From the IMG/VR virus record IMGVR_UViG_3300029922_000018: a stretch of DNA of 64,000 nucleotides. One strand, given 5' to 3'. The notes beneath the pieces are model-generated. The model was not told where the DNA came from. It was given only the letters and a program-made list of their open reading frames with translations, and searched no databases. The DNA is from an uncultured virus (IMG/VR IMGVR_UViG_3300029922_000018). Lineage: Duplodnaviria > Heunggongvirae > Uroviricota > Caudoviricetes. How positions within the stretch are numbered: position 1 is the first letter of the stretch; the number at the start of each line of letters is the position of its first letter. The translations under genes were made by a program, and so were the position numbers. Shown here piece by piece: positions 49,250 to 58,954 of the stretch.

Positions 49250-50761
49250 TTAAGTAATATTAGGATTATTCCATGTATATTTTAACATCCCACAGTCCCA
49301 TATTCTATTATAGCCATTTAGTTGCATATTCTCCCATTCAGTTAATGATGGGTCAAATGTTGATAATTTATCCTTCAACTTATGTTTTTGGAATTGTAAT
49401 CTATTAAGTGGTATTCCTTTATTATTATGGAAATAATGATAACTTATTGGCGTAATTGCATTTAGAGACATTCCCATCTTACTATATGATTTTCCAGTAA
49501 AATAACGTCTATCGCAATATGATACGATAGAACGTGGAGAATATGTTCTAATGAAATATGTAAATAATTTAGATGCTCCACCAATCACCGATATTCCTAT
49601 TTTAGTGCATAATCTAGATAATTCATATTGATATTTTTTATCAAATCTCGACTTTGAGAATGTCATAACGGATACCAATTCATCATTATAATATAATCCA
49701 ATTCTAATTGAGCTTTTATCATCTCCTTGAATATGATTATCAGTTATAAACTCGGATTTTACAATATTACTTATTTCTCGTATTTCGCATTTTCCGGCAT
49801 ATATAAATTTATTTTTATGTATTTTACTGAGAATAATTCCCTTAACTATTTCTTTTTTATTTAACCACTCCCAATCCCATATATGTAGTAATTCTATTCC
49901 TTTTTTAGATGCTTCTTCCGTTTTAGTTATATGATAATTTTTAGGTTTTCCCGATAATTCTGAATGCCAATATATACCATCATATTCTATTCCCAATTTA
50001 AATTCTGATATTAGAATATCAATCTCATTTCCGACCAGTATAGTTCGGTCATGATGTTTCGTGGTTATATTGTATGAATGTAAATATTCCAATATCTCAT
50101 CTTCCATAGCAGATTTAAATCTATTTAAGGGAAAGCATGTTAAACAACGTGGAATATTTCCGGAATATAATATATCTTCAAATTCAGTATTGCATGTATT
50201 ACATTTAAATTTATATAAGGTGTTATATTCACTATCAATATATTCATTTTCGGAAAATAATGGAGTAACGATATTTTTTAATCTATTTCCAAAGAATAAA
50301 TGTTTAATGACTTTATCTCGTATTGCTAATTTGTTTTTATCTTTAACTGCTTGAATTTGAGATACATTTGATACATTTTCACTTTCTAAAAACTCTTTAT
50401 ATTTTAAAGATTTGAATCCCACCTCCCCACTATTACTTCGTCGAATTATTGATTTAAGTGATTTAGGAGATACTTTACTACCGTATTTGTCAATTGTTGT
50501 TTGTATCATTTTTTCTCGATTATTATAATTTTCGTCCCCATATTTTTCCAATTTAGTTTTTTTTCCTTTTTCTTTATTGTTATAATTTTCACTCCCATGC
50601 CGTAGTATATTCGTCTGTTTTATCTTTGATACCATATTTTCATACGAACCACTCAATCTTTTTTGTTTTATCTTTTCTTTAACAGATGGAAGTTGCGATG
50701 GATGGTCTACGCCGTATTTTTTACGGAAAGTTTCTCGTATTTTTAATCCTCGGTCGGTCAT
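49250..50761 (-). CDS. Hef-like homing endonuclease with C-terminal GNAT/Mom-like domain
   Basis: KYGVDHPSQ; EIDI..GIEYDGIYWHS; HIQG, YELSRL, SYCDRRY, RIWDCG. Confidence 0.78.
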   Translation of the reverse strand: MTDRGLKIRETFRKKYGVDHPSQLPSVKEKIKQKRLSGSYENMVSKIKQTNILRHGSENYNNKEKGKKTKLEKYGDENYNNREKMIQTTIDKYGSKVSPKSLKSIIRRSNSGEVGFKSLKYKEFLESENVSNVSQIQAVKDKNKLAIRDKVIKHLFFGNRLKNIVTPLFSENEYIDSEYNTLYKFKCNTCNTEFEDILYSGNIPRCLTCFPLNRFKSAMEDEILEYLHSYNITTKHHDRTILVGNEIDILISEFKLGIEYDGIYWHSELSGKPKNYHITKTEEASKKGIELLHIWDWEWLNKKEIVKGIILSKIHKNKFIYAGKCEIREISNIVKSEFITDNHIQGDDKSSIRIGLYYNDELVSVMTFSKSRFDKKYQYELSRLCTKIGISVIGGASKLFTYFIRTYSPRSIVSYCDRRYFTGKSYSKMGMSLNAITPISYHYFHNNKGIPLNRLQFQKHKLKDKLSTFDPSLTEWENMQLNGYNRIWDCGMLKYTWNNPNIT

Positions 50762-50835
50762 ATAATACTCCAGATGTTATTGTTCATACTCATAAATATA
50801 TCACTAAAGTAGAAACATACAACTTATTTTAAAAT

Positions 50836-50870
50836 AAAAATAAACCCCTCGATTTGAGGGGTTTATTTTT
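50836..50870. terminator. Bidirectional terminator after tail sheath
   Basis: AAAAATAAACCCCTC-GATTT-GAGGGGTTTATTTTT perfect inverted repeat. Confidence 0.85.
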
Positions 50871-50883
50871 GAGTTTTTAATTA

Positions 50884-53800
50884 TTAGAAACTTGCACCCG
50901 TGCTCATTACTGTGAATGGCAGGTATATATTTTCAGCAGTTCTTGTTGGTTGAATTGCAATCTGTCCAATTAAAACATTCTGGTCAATTACATCTGATGT
51001 ATTATTAGTATCATCCATAATTACTTGGAATGCATATAATCCACTACGTTGCTGAACACTTTCCAAATATGGGTTCACAATGGACAAGAACTTATTACGA
51101 GTTGATGCCGTGTTTTGTTCGAACACCAAATACTTCGATATGCTTGCGATATATTTCTTAATAGCAATCAACAATCGTTGAACGTTAATTCTATTCAGTG
51201 CACTATCTTCAACTTGAAGCGTCTTTTGTCCCCACACTACGATACCCTGTCCTGGGAATGCTACAATAGGATTTACTTTTCCTTCGTATAGCGAGTCACG
51301 CTCAGATTGGGTTGCTCGGTCAGTGACTGATACAGCCGATGGAATTCCACCACGGTTTAATCCGGCAGGGGCCCACCATTCACCAGCAATGTTGTCGTTC
51401 GCAGCATATATGGATGGCATGACAACTGACGGCGGAATTGTTACGATTTGATTGATATTAGTATCGAGGATTTTAATCCATGGATAATATGCCGCAGCAT
51501 AGCTAGTGTCCAATTGAGCAGCCAATCCGATAACTTCGTCGACTTGACCAGTTGCCGGATTTCCACCATCTTCATATAAATCAGCCACATAGAAACAATC
51601 ACCATTTCTAACACGTTCACACATGTCGATTACCAAGCTGGTTACATAAGAATGTAAGGAATAGATTACTCCCGGAGTTGAAATCAAATTGATATCAAAT
51701 TGGTCGGCATTTCCAAGTGCGCCAATACATTGACTGTAGGCAACAGAACCAGCCGTGGTGCTATTTGCACAGTTTAATCCTTGAGTGTTTCCAGCAACAA
51801 TGGCGTCTCCCACATTAACTGGAATAGCCGGTGATTGTCCATCAAATCCACCTTGAAAACCAAATACGAAATTTCTCATTTTTACATATGTAGTTTCATT
51901 TACAGCGTCATAAGTAGAAGGAACTGCATTGCTTCCACTTATATAAGAGCCGGATGATACTCCGTTATTTATAGTATTGTCATCCAATGCGAATGCAATG
52001 TTTTGTCCAGCCGTAGAACCCAATGGCAACGGTGCAAAATATTGTAAGTTATCATTGTATGATACTCCGCCAACTGAAGAAGTAGGATATAATCCAACCA
52101 ATTCCGAGTCGGCTCCTGTTGGAGCACCATTGAAGTCTATTCCGGATGGATACTTACCAGGAAATAATCCATAGACGGATGCTTTTGTGTAGGCAACTGG
52201 AGCAACCCAATAACCCATAGCCCCGTCAATCGGAGTGGAAAGTGCAGTAAAACCAAACGGAACCGCATTCACTGGATAATTAACATCGGATATAATTATT
52301 CGGATATATTTACTGTTATTGGAGTAATTTCCAAACTGAGTAACTTTTCCATTTGAGTTGATATATTCGTATTGGTCTCCGATTATTCTGCTTATGAAAT
52401 TAGGAGAAGTTGGGTCTAACGTTAAGTTATTAAATTGCTCCAAAACTACAGGCTTTCTATCCGTGTCTGAGAAATTTCTAACTGTCAAATTAAACGTTCC
52501 CCAGTCACTTCCCTGAACAGTTCCTGCCAATTTAACATTTGAAATTTGAATCTTATAAGACGTATTGGCATACGTCCCGTCCGACAACGTAGCAACTTGA
52601 AACAAATTAAAACGGGTCGGAGTTCCGTTGTTCCACGGCGAAATCTTCTGTGAAACCACCCAAGGAGTATAAGCATTTGTCAATGCAAATTGGGAGTCTC
52701 CAGTCGTCGGAGCAAGTGAATATGCGTCAACAAAACTTAACGGTTCGTTTAAAAACGAGCCAGACGGAATTGCATTTATGCTAACTTTCCAATTTGTTGG
52801 ATTTGCAATTACAGATGCAATACTGTCGGGATATAGATTGTAGAGATAAGCCGCTTCAATTTTAGTTCCAGCCGCATAAGTAGCCGGATTTCCTGCGGTT
52901 GGGTCATTTCCAAATACACTTGTAATGTAATGCGGGTCGCTTTCATCCAATGAGAAATTATAAACTCCATATCCACTTCCCAACGAAGAACTTAAGTATA
53001 AGTCAAATTCATTGATGATTTGGTTTGAACCACTTGGTCCAAACGTGCCACCAGTCAAGTCGTGATATGATGCAGAAGAACCCAAAAATCCAGGGGCTTC
53101 TAAGTTATTGTTAATTCCGCCCCATTGAGTATCGGCCAATACTGCCAACACCATCGCATTTGTTCCGTTATTGACCCACTGATTTGAGCATGTATTATAT
53201 GTCAAATTTCCAGACGTAAACTTCCCATCAAAATAGCCAAGCGAACCACTCAACCATCCATTTAATGAAAATGAACCAACTCCACAACTATTTAAACTCT
53301 GAGTAATTGATGATGATACGATATAAGGTTCTCCATCAGTAAACGTAGACGATATAAATTCTACGTTTGCTGTATTATCAGCACCGATTAATTTTCCAGT
53401 AAATTGGTTATAAGAATTGAACAATATCTGGCTCAATACACTTGAAGTCGTTGCCGAAGCGGAAATTTGCAATACTCCCTTAAACTGAAATGATGAACTT
53501 AGAATTGTTCCGGCAATAGTCGTTCCGGCATAGACATTACTTCCACTGTTGTTAGTAATCCCAACCTGACCAGTTCCTTGTCCACTTACAAGGGTTACGC
53601 TCACTGGTTGATTTGTAAATATTACAGACGCAGTTACTGCGCTTGCAGTTCCAACCGGAGAAACGGTTAGGGATGACAAATTTATAGTGGATGGAACAAC
53701 TCCATTGGGAATTATAACATTGGAAACAGTTGACAACACTCCAATATCACCAGCACGTTCCCAGACTCCTTGTTCTGCCCATATAACCAGAGGATATTTC

Positions 53801-54081
53801 TGATGATATCCAGTTAAAGCACCAACACGGCACACCGTCACAAACCCCTTTTCTTGGAGATATTGGGCGGCGGCATAAGGACCATAATACGTTCCATCTG
53901 GAATTCCAAAATTGGTCTGTAAGTCATTTAAACTCGTGCAAATTGTTGGTGAAAATCCAGGACCTTTAGGAAATGGAGCAACTACTACTGCCCCGATGTC
54001 GGCTACTCCTTGAGCAACTCCGCTCTGGTCGATTTGCTGGGTGAAAACCCCCGGACTCATGAAATTTGGTAAATTTGACAT
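50884..54081 (-). CDS. Tail sheath protein (T4 gp18-like)
   Basis: SPGVFTQQID, YYPWIKI, WWAPAGLNRG, VWGQKTLQ, LNRINVQRL, FEQN. Confidence 0.95.
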   Translation of the reverse strand: MSNLPNFMSPGVFTQQIDQSGVAQGVADIGAVVVAPFPKGPGFSPTICTSLNDLQTNFGIPDGTYYGPYAAAQYLQEKGFVTVCRVGALTGYHQKYPLVIWAEQGVWERAGDIGVLSTVSNVIIPNGVVPSTINLSSLTVSPVGTASAVTASVIFTNQPVSVTLVSGQGTGQVGITNNSGSNVYAGTTIAGTILSSSFQFKGVLQISASATTSSVLSQILFNSYNQFTGKLIGADNTANVEFISSTFTDGEPYIVSSSITQSLNSCGVGSFSLNGWLSGSLGYFDGKFTSGNLTYNTCSNQWVNNGTNAMVLAVLADTQWGGINNNLEAPGFLGSSASYHDLTGGTFGPSGSNQIINEFDLYLSSSLGSGYGVYNFSLDESDPHYITSVFGNDPTAGNPATYAAGTKIEAAYLYNLYPDSIASVIANPTNWKVSINAIPSGSFLNEPLSFVDAYSLAPTTGDSQFALTNAYTPWVVSQKISPWNNGTPTRFNLFQVATLSDGTYANTSYKIQISNVKLAGTVQGSDWGTFNLTVRNFSDTDRKPVVLEQFNNLTLDPTSPNFISRIIGDQYEYINSNGKVTQFGNYSNNSKYIRIIISDVNYPVNAVPFGFTALSTPIDGAMGYWVAPVAYTKASVYGLFPGKYPSGIDFNGAPTGADSELVGLYPTSSVGGVSYNDNLQYFAPLPLGSTAGQNIAFALDDNTINNGVSSGSYISGSNAVPSTYDAVNETTYVKMRNFVFGFQGGFDGQSPAIPVNVGDAIVAGNTQGLNCANSTTAGSVAYSQCIGALGNADQFDINLISTPGVIYSLHSYVTSLVIDMCERVRNGDCFYVADLYEDGGNPATGQVDEVIGLAAQLDTSYAAAYYPWIKILDTNINQIVTIPPSVVMPSIYAANDNIAGEWWAPAGLNRGGIPSAVSVTDRATQSERDSLYEGKVNPIVAFPGQGIVVWGQKTLQVEDSALNRINVQRLLIAIKKYIASISKYLVFEQNTASTRNKFLSIVNPYLESVQQRSGLYAFQVIMDDTNNTSDVIDQNVLIGQIAIQPTRTAENIYLPFTVMSTGASF

Positions 54082-54202
54082 ATATTTTTTATTTCCTTCG
54101 TGTTATTATTTTATTCGTTGTTCTATTAAATAAAATAGACATTGAAACTATTAACTATAAATATAAGTCAAAATTTCGAAACGATAATTAAATATAAAAA
54201 AC

Positions 54203-54493
54203 TTATGTAGTTTTAGCCGTAGAAGTGAAAGTTCCGTTGGTAAGTGAGAGGTTTCCTTCACCATATGCCGACAATATCTTATCCAATACCTCTTTTTCAT
54301 TTTTTTGGAGGGATGTCCATTCTTCCTTGAGAAGTTTGTCCTTGGCGATATACGCAGCAACGGCATTGTCAAGTGCCATCTTTTCAATTTGCAAGTCGCC
54401 GAGCTTAAGTCGGATAGTCTGAAATTTTACCTGCAAGTCTTTTATTTCAGTTATTTCGGTATCTTTTAGTTTTGTAACGATTGGTTCATTCAT
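54203..54493 (-). CDS. Small coiled-coil protein upstream of sheath
   Basis: Heptad pattern; C-terminal YGEGNLSLTNGTF. Confidence 0.7.
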   Translation of the reverse strand: MNEPIVTKLKDTEITEIKDLQVKFQTIRLKLGDLQIEKMALDNAVAAYIAKDKLLKEEWTSLQKNEKEVLDKILSAYGEGNLSLTNGTFTSTAKTT

Positions 54494-54538
54494 ATGATTA
54501 TAACTATAATCGAACAATAAAATTTTACTTATTATATT

Positions 54539-55039
54539 TTAAGAATTGAGAGTTTCTTTTAGTCTTGTCCCCAAGTCTTTGATATCGACGTAATCATAAT
54601 TACCATCGGAGAAAGTCTTAAATTTCTCCCATACCTTATTAGCATCGTTACTTCTATGTAAGGTTGTTGATATCAACCCTTTAAATTTATGTTGTTGGGC
54701 ATATTTTAATGCTGCCTTATATAATAGATATCCATATCCTTGAGATTTCACATTTGAAACTATACTATCAACAAATAGATATCCCTGCCTTCTTGGGATT
54801 TTATTGTCTAAATCTTCTACGGGAACCCTATCCAACAATACAATTTGACCCATCATATGTTCATAGTCTTGGTCTTGAGTATATGCCCCACTCGTGTTTG
54901 AAAAGTCAGAAACATACATCCATATTTTAGCCCGACCCGACGATATATATTTATCATCGATTCTATAAGAAATTTTACCTTCCTTCTCTTTTTGAAAGGC
55001 TTCTTTTTCTTCGGTTAATAAATTTTTCAGTTTAATCAT
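54539..55039 (-). CDS. GNAT-like protein with MIKLK leader
   Basis: MIKLKNLLTE; KSQGYGYLLY..AL; ANKVWEK. Confidence 0.6.
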   Translation of the reverse strand: MIKLKNLLTEEKEAFQKEKEGKISYRIDDKYISSGRAKIWMYVSDFSNTSGAYTQDQDYEHMMGQIVLLDRVPVEDLDNKIPRRQGYLFVDSIVSNVKSQGYGYLLYKAALKYAQQHKFKGLISTTLHRSNDANKVWEKFKTFSDGNYDYVDIKDLGTRLKETLNS

Positions 55040-55123
55040 ATTACTCCAACGGTCTATGTTTAAATATAAACCATAATAAAAATTTTATTCCATCAGTAAA
55101 AAATGTAATTGATTTATATAATT

Positions 55124-55510
55124 TCATTTTGGCAATCGATACATGGACATATCATCAAATTCATCTCTCAAATACATCCCACTATTTTCAACAAACCCAA
55201 ATTGTTTATAAAATCTAATTAATCTACGAAGACCACTTGGATTTATACTGTCAGTTGCCGGTATTAAAGCCACCGGCATTTTTTTATTGTCGGCGAACTG
55301 GCATATCTCAGACATTATTTTTGTTCCCCAACCTTTTCCCTTGAATTGAGGCTTCATATATATGTCGGATATAAATATAGACTTGTTTTTGTCATCATAA
55401 TAGAAATATAAATCCTCAACATATTGTTTATATTTAGAATGTAATTGTCGCTCGAAACTTGAAATCTCTTGTCCGGTATTTTCAATTAATATAAATTTTA
55501 ATTTAATCAT
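55124..55510 (-). CDS. GNAT acetyltransferase with MIKLK leader
   Basis: MIKLKFILIE; PQFKGKGWGTKIM; RFYKQFGF. Confidence 0.8.
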   Translation of the reverse strand: MIKLKFILIENTGQEISSFERQLHSKYKQYVEDLYFYYDDKNKSIFISDIYMKPQFKGKGWGTKIMSEICQFADNKKMPVALIPATDSINPSGLRRLIRFYKQFGFVENSGMYLRDEFDDMSMYRLPK

Positions 55511-55511
55511 A

Positions 55512-57791
55512 TTACTTTACGTTTGATTTTGAAAACCATCCAGTTCCATGTTTTTTAGACATATTATCATAATATTTCTTCGTCATACCAACTCCATCAT
55601 CGGTCATCTGTCCAATTTTTGCTTTTCCAGATTTAACGTCGGGTCTTTGTTCGATGTGTTTTTCCAATAGTGCCACGCCTATTCCTCGTTTTTGGTAAGG
55701 CTCTTCCACCCATACACCAACTGCTCCAAATTCATTAGATGCCAATCCTATCGGCGTATTATCAATGAAGGCGGCAATTGATGTATCCTGCATAGGAAGA
55801 TTAGATTCCAGTTTTTCTGCATCGGTCATCATTATAACATTTCCACCGGAGTCTCTTTTTATTTCCCCACTTTCATCATAAGCAACATACTCGTTTTTCT
55901 CACCACGCTGTCGAAATTCAACTTTAAATTCACCATATTGACCAACATCTAATAATACTGGCCATCGGGAGACATCCCCCAACCATTTTAATCCGCCCGC
56001 TTTTCTGTATTGTTTATAGGCAGTTGATGGTATATGACCAGTATAGTGATGTTTCATGAATTTATCCTTGTCAATTTCATGCGGTGATTTTTCCTTTTCC
56101 TTTTTTATTTCGTCGGCTAATTCTACAATTCTCTTTTCCAATCGACGTTTAATATATCCATCCGGTTCTTTATCCCACTCGTCTATTAAATCATTCTTTT
56201 CTTTTCTTAATTTGGACAGTATTTCATCATTTTCACATATTAAAAAATAATTTCGAATATCCTTATGCTCTTCTAAGAAGGTGAGTTTTCCTATGGTTCT
56301 TAAAAAATTATTTATAATATCCCAAGCCGCCGCTTCATGTCCAGTTTCCAATAAATCATCAACTTCTAACTGAGTATTTAAATTTGCGTTATCATAGAAT
56401 AAAGTCAATTCGTGGATGCCAACCATATCACTGGACATTACTTCATCCATTTCTATATTTTCAAACAATAAAGATTTTAATTTAATATGTCGCATTTTAT
56501 TTTCTTTTATACCTATTAAAGTTTCCAAATATCCAGCGACATTTTCATGTCCGGTTCTTTTTAATACAAATATAATATCATTTATGTTTCTAATCTGGAC
56601 GGATTCTTTAGATGTTGCAAATATTTGTTGTTGTTGGGAATTCAACATTTTATTATACTTGGTTATAGCATCAAATATTTCTTCATCAATCGTTCCATTG
56701 TTATACAACCGAGTATATTCTTGCGGTGGAATTGCTTGTTGTAAAATTTCTAATACTCCATCTATATTTCGTTGATTATGAGCGTAGTCGACATCGATTT
56801 GCTCTAATGTATCTTTAATTTTAGGTTCATTTCCCATATCATTTAAAGATCGTCTTAAATCTTCATTATCTCGAAAATATCCCAAATCATCAACGTCACC
56901 ACCACTTATTAATTGTTCCCATACGAATGATTTAGCCAATTCATCTAGTTTGTCGGTATCTAGTCCATATCCATTAGCAATAACTTTAAAATCATTCAGT
57001 GAACTTACACTATCTTCCAATTTATATTCTCGGTTAAGGTTATCAACATATGATTTCCAAATTGAGTCGGTTCCTTCATTTTTTACAAATTCGTCTATCA
57101 ACATTGCGTCATATTTATTTTTTCTTGATTCAGGATCATCTGATGACATATAATTTTCAATGGCTTCTTGAACGTATTCAGGCCACTGATATTCTCCATC
57201 ACCAATCATATTACTATAACTTATGGTATTATCATTTTTTTCATAAACGGTATAATCGCCGTTAGAATCTCCAGTTATAGCATATTTTTGATTATCTCGT
57301 TTATCCAGTAATATTATAATGGTTTCTTTATAGTAATAATTATTCCACCACTTTTCACTGGCAACAATACACCACTTCGTATTATTTCCGTAATAGGCAC
57401 AGGACTCATGAGTTGTTGGAGCGACAATTAGGAATTCCTCATCGTCAAGTATCATATTAGCCCCTTCACGAGTTTTTTCTTTATTGCTCTTTACACGAGT
57501 TGATAAGGCAAGTTTTAAATCATTATATGATTTTAATTTGTAAATATCCCTAAGAGAGGCTTGATATTTATCAAATTGATTAACATCTTTTAATAAATCT
57601 TCTATATCGGTATTTGGTTCTGAACTAGCAATTTTTCCTATCCAGTCTATATACTTTTTATTTGAAGATGGGTCATTTAGAATAATTCTTCTTCGTAATT
57701 CCGGTTGCAACATTTCATATTTCTTATTGAAATCTTCTATACGACCTTCTAATAGAATGTCTTCTAATAATAATGTTTTTAATTTAATCAT
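55512..57791 (-). CDS. Multidomain protein (PcfJ-like region plus C-terminal GNAT) with MIKLK leader
   Basis: IVAPTT..SCAYYG..TKWCI; VWVEEPYQKRGIG; internal IKLKSLLFE. Confidence 0.65.
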   Translation of the reverse strand: MIKLKTLLLEDILLEGRIEDFNKKYEMLQPELRRRIILNDPSSNKKYIDWIGKIASSEPNTDIEDLLKDVNQFDKYQASLRDIYKLKSYNDLKLALSTRVKSNKEKTREGANMILDDEEFLIVAPTTHESCAYYGNNTKWCIVASEKWWNNYYYKETIIILLDKRDNQKYAITGDSNGDYTVYEKNDNTISYSNMIGDGEYQWPEYVQEAIENYMSSDDPESRKNKYDAMLIDEFVKNEGTDSIWKSYVDNLNREYKLEDSVSSLNDFKVIANGYGLDTDKLDELAKSFVWEQLISGGDVDDLGYFRDNEDLRRSLNDMGNEPKIKDTLEQIDVDYAHNQRNIDGVLEILQQAIPPQEYTRLYNNGTIDEEIFDAITKYNKMLNSQQQQIFATSKESVQIRNINDIIFVLKRTGHENVAGYLETLIGIKENKMRHIKLKSLLFENIEMDEVMSSDMVGIHELTLFYDNANLNTQLEVDDLLETGHEAAAWDIINNFLRTIGKLTFLEEHKDIRNYFLICENDEILSKLRKEKNDLIDEWDKEPDGYIKRRLEKRIVELADEIKKEKEKSPHEIDKDKFMKHHYTGHIPSTAYKQYRKAGGLKWLGDVSRWPVLLDVGQYGEFKVEFRQRGEKNEYVAYDESGEIKRDSGGNVIMMTDAEKLESNLPMQDTSIAAFIDNTPIGLASNEFGAVGVWVEEPYQKRGIGVALLEKHIEQRPDVKSGKAKIGQMTDDGVGMTKKYYDNMSKKHGTGWFSKSNVK

Positions 57792-58192
57792 TGATAATCC
57801 TTTATATCAATAAATGTAGAAGAAGGGATTATTCCCTTATATATAAAAGGTCTAAAATCTTCATCCTCATGAGCAATAACATTGGGGTCAACATCAAATT
57901 TAGAAATATCTAATTTTGAAGTATCAATCGAAATAATAACAATTTCATCAAACCAATGTTCTGGAATTTTAGGGTTTTCACTTACCTCAATAAATGAACC
58001 AGCCGCATTCTCATCTTCAGCAAGATAAACTCCTGACTCGATACCTTCGAAATTATGTAGAATTTCATCATCTTTTGGAAGCAATCCAAGTTTTTGTATT
58101 CTTGGTATTAACGCATTAAACGTGGCATGATACAATACCGGAGGAATTGGTTTATGTAGTGCTTCTGTTAATAATGATTTTAAAAGTATCAT
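57788..58192 (-). CDS. ADP-ribosyltransferase-fold protein with leader
   Basis: MILLKSLLTE; LYHAT..IQKLGL, GVYLA, YKGIIP. Confidence 0.65.
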   Translation of the reverse strand: MILLKSLLTEALHKPIPPVLYHATFNALIPRIQKLGLLPKDDEILHNFEGIESGVYLAEDENAAGSFIEVSENPKIPEHWFDEIVIISIDTSKLDISKFDVDPNVIAHEDEDFRPFIYKGIIPSSTFIDIKDYQ

Positions 58193-58941
58193 AGCGTAAA
58201 AAAGTAATGAATATCTGAGATAGTATCATAGGCAAATATAAATCTAGACCCTTCTCCAAATTCAAAGTCATCTGGATTTCTTGATAAATGAACTCTAAAC
58301 AACTTGTATTGTTTAGGAATACTATTTTCCATTATCTTATCGATAAATTCTAATTTAGTAAGGGGAGTGCTATTTTCAATTGCCTGTGCCATTTCAGTGG
58401 CATCACTAAATAATTGACCGCTATCCAATATAGTTCGACAATCCCCACAAAAAAAATACTTTTCATTAAATCCAGTTTCTTCCGATAATTCATTGCCCGT
58501 TTCACTTTCCGGATAAAAAAGAGTGATGGGGCGAATAGGACCAAATTTTGAACTTACCCATCTCTGCCAAATTATACTTTTGCTTTTATCTTCTAATACT
58601 TGTTTTTGTGCCTTGGTTGGCTCATTCCCTTCGACAAAAATCTTATTATTCCAAGGAACTTTTACAACTCGCATCCATCCCTTTGCGAATGCTTGTTCAC
58701 ACATTGCGGCGGATGCTTCATCGAAATCAAAACTTTTATCTGTATTCGCATTCTTAAAAACCTGTTTTACTAAAGCATTATTTACCCCGAAAAGCGAGTT
58801 GTTATCGGCAACATATAACCCATGCTGTGTATCGTTAGTGTCATATACTGTCCCATCTTTATCCAACCAAATCAAAATTGCATTAATTTGAGTTACATTT
58901 TTTAATGTATTTTCAGTTAATAATGATTTAAGTTTAATCAT
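58189..58941 (-). CDS. Two-domain hypothetical protein with MIKLK leader
   Basis: MIKLKSLLTE; W..DG..Y..H..KGWMRV domain also found in 39383..42703. Confidence 0.6.
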   Translation of the reverse strand: MIKLKSLLTENTLKNVTQINAILIWLDKDGTVYDTNDTQHGLYVADNNSLFGVNNALVKQVFKNANTDKSFDFDEASAAMCEQAFAKGWMRVVKVPWNNKIFVEGNEPTKAQKQVLEDKSKSIIWQRWVSSKFGPIRPITLFYPESETGNELSEETGFNEKYFFCGDCRTILDSGQLFSDATEMAQAIENSTPLTKLEFIDKIMENSIPKQYKLFRVHLSRNPDDFEFGEGSRFIFAYDTISDIHYFFTL

Positions 58942-58954
58942 ATTATTATAAATA

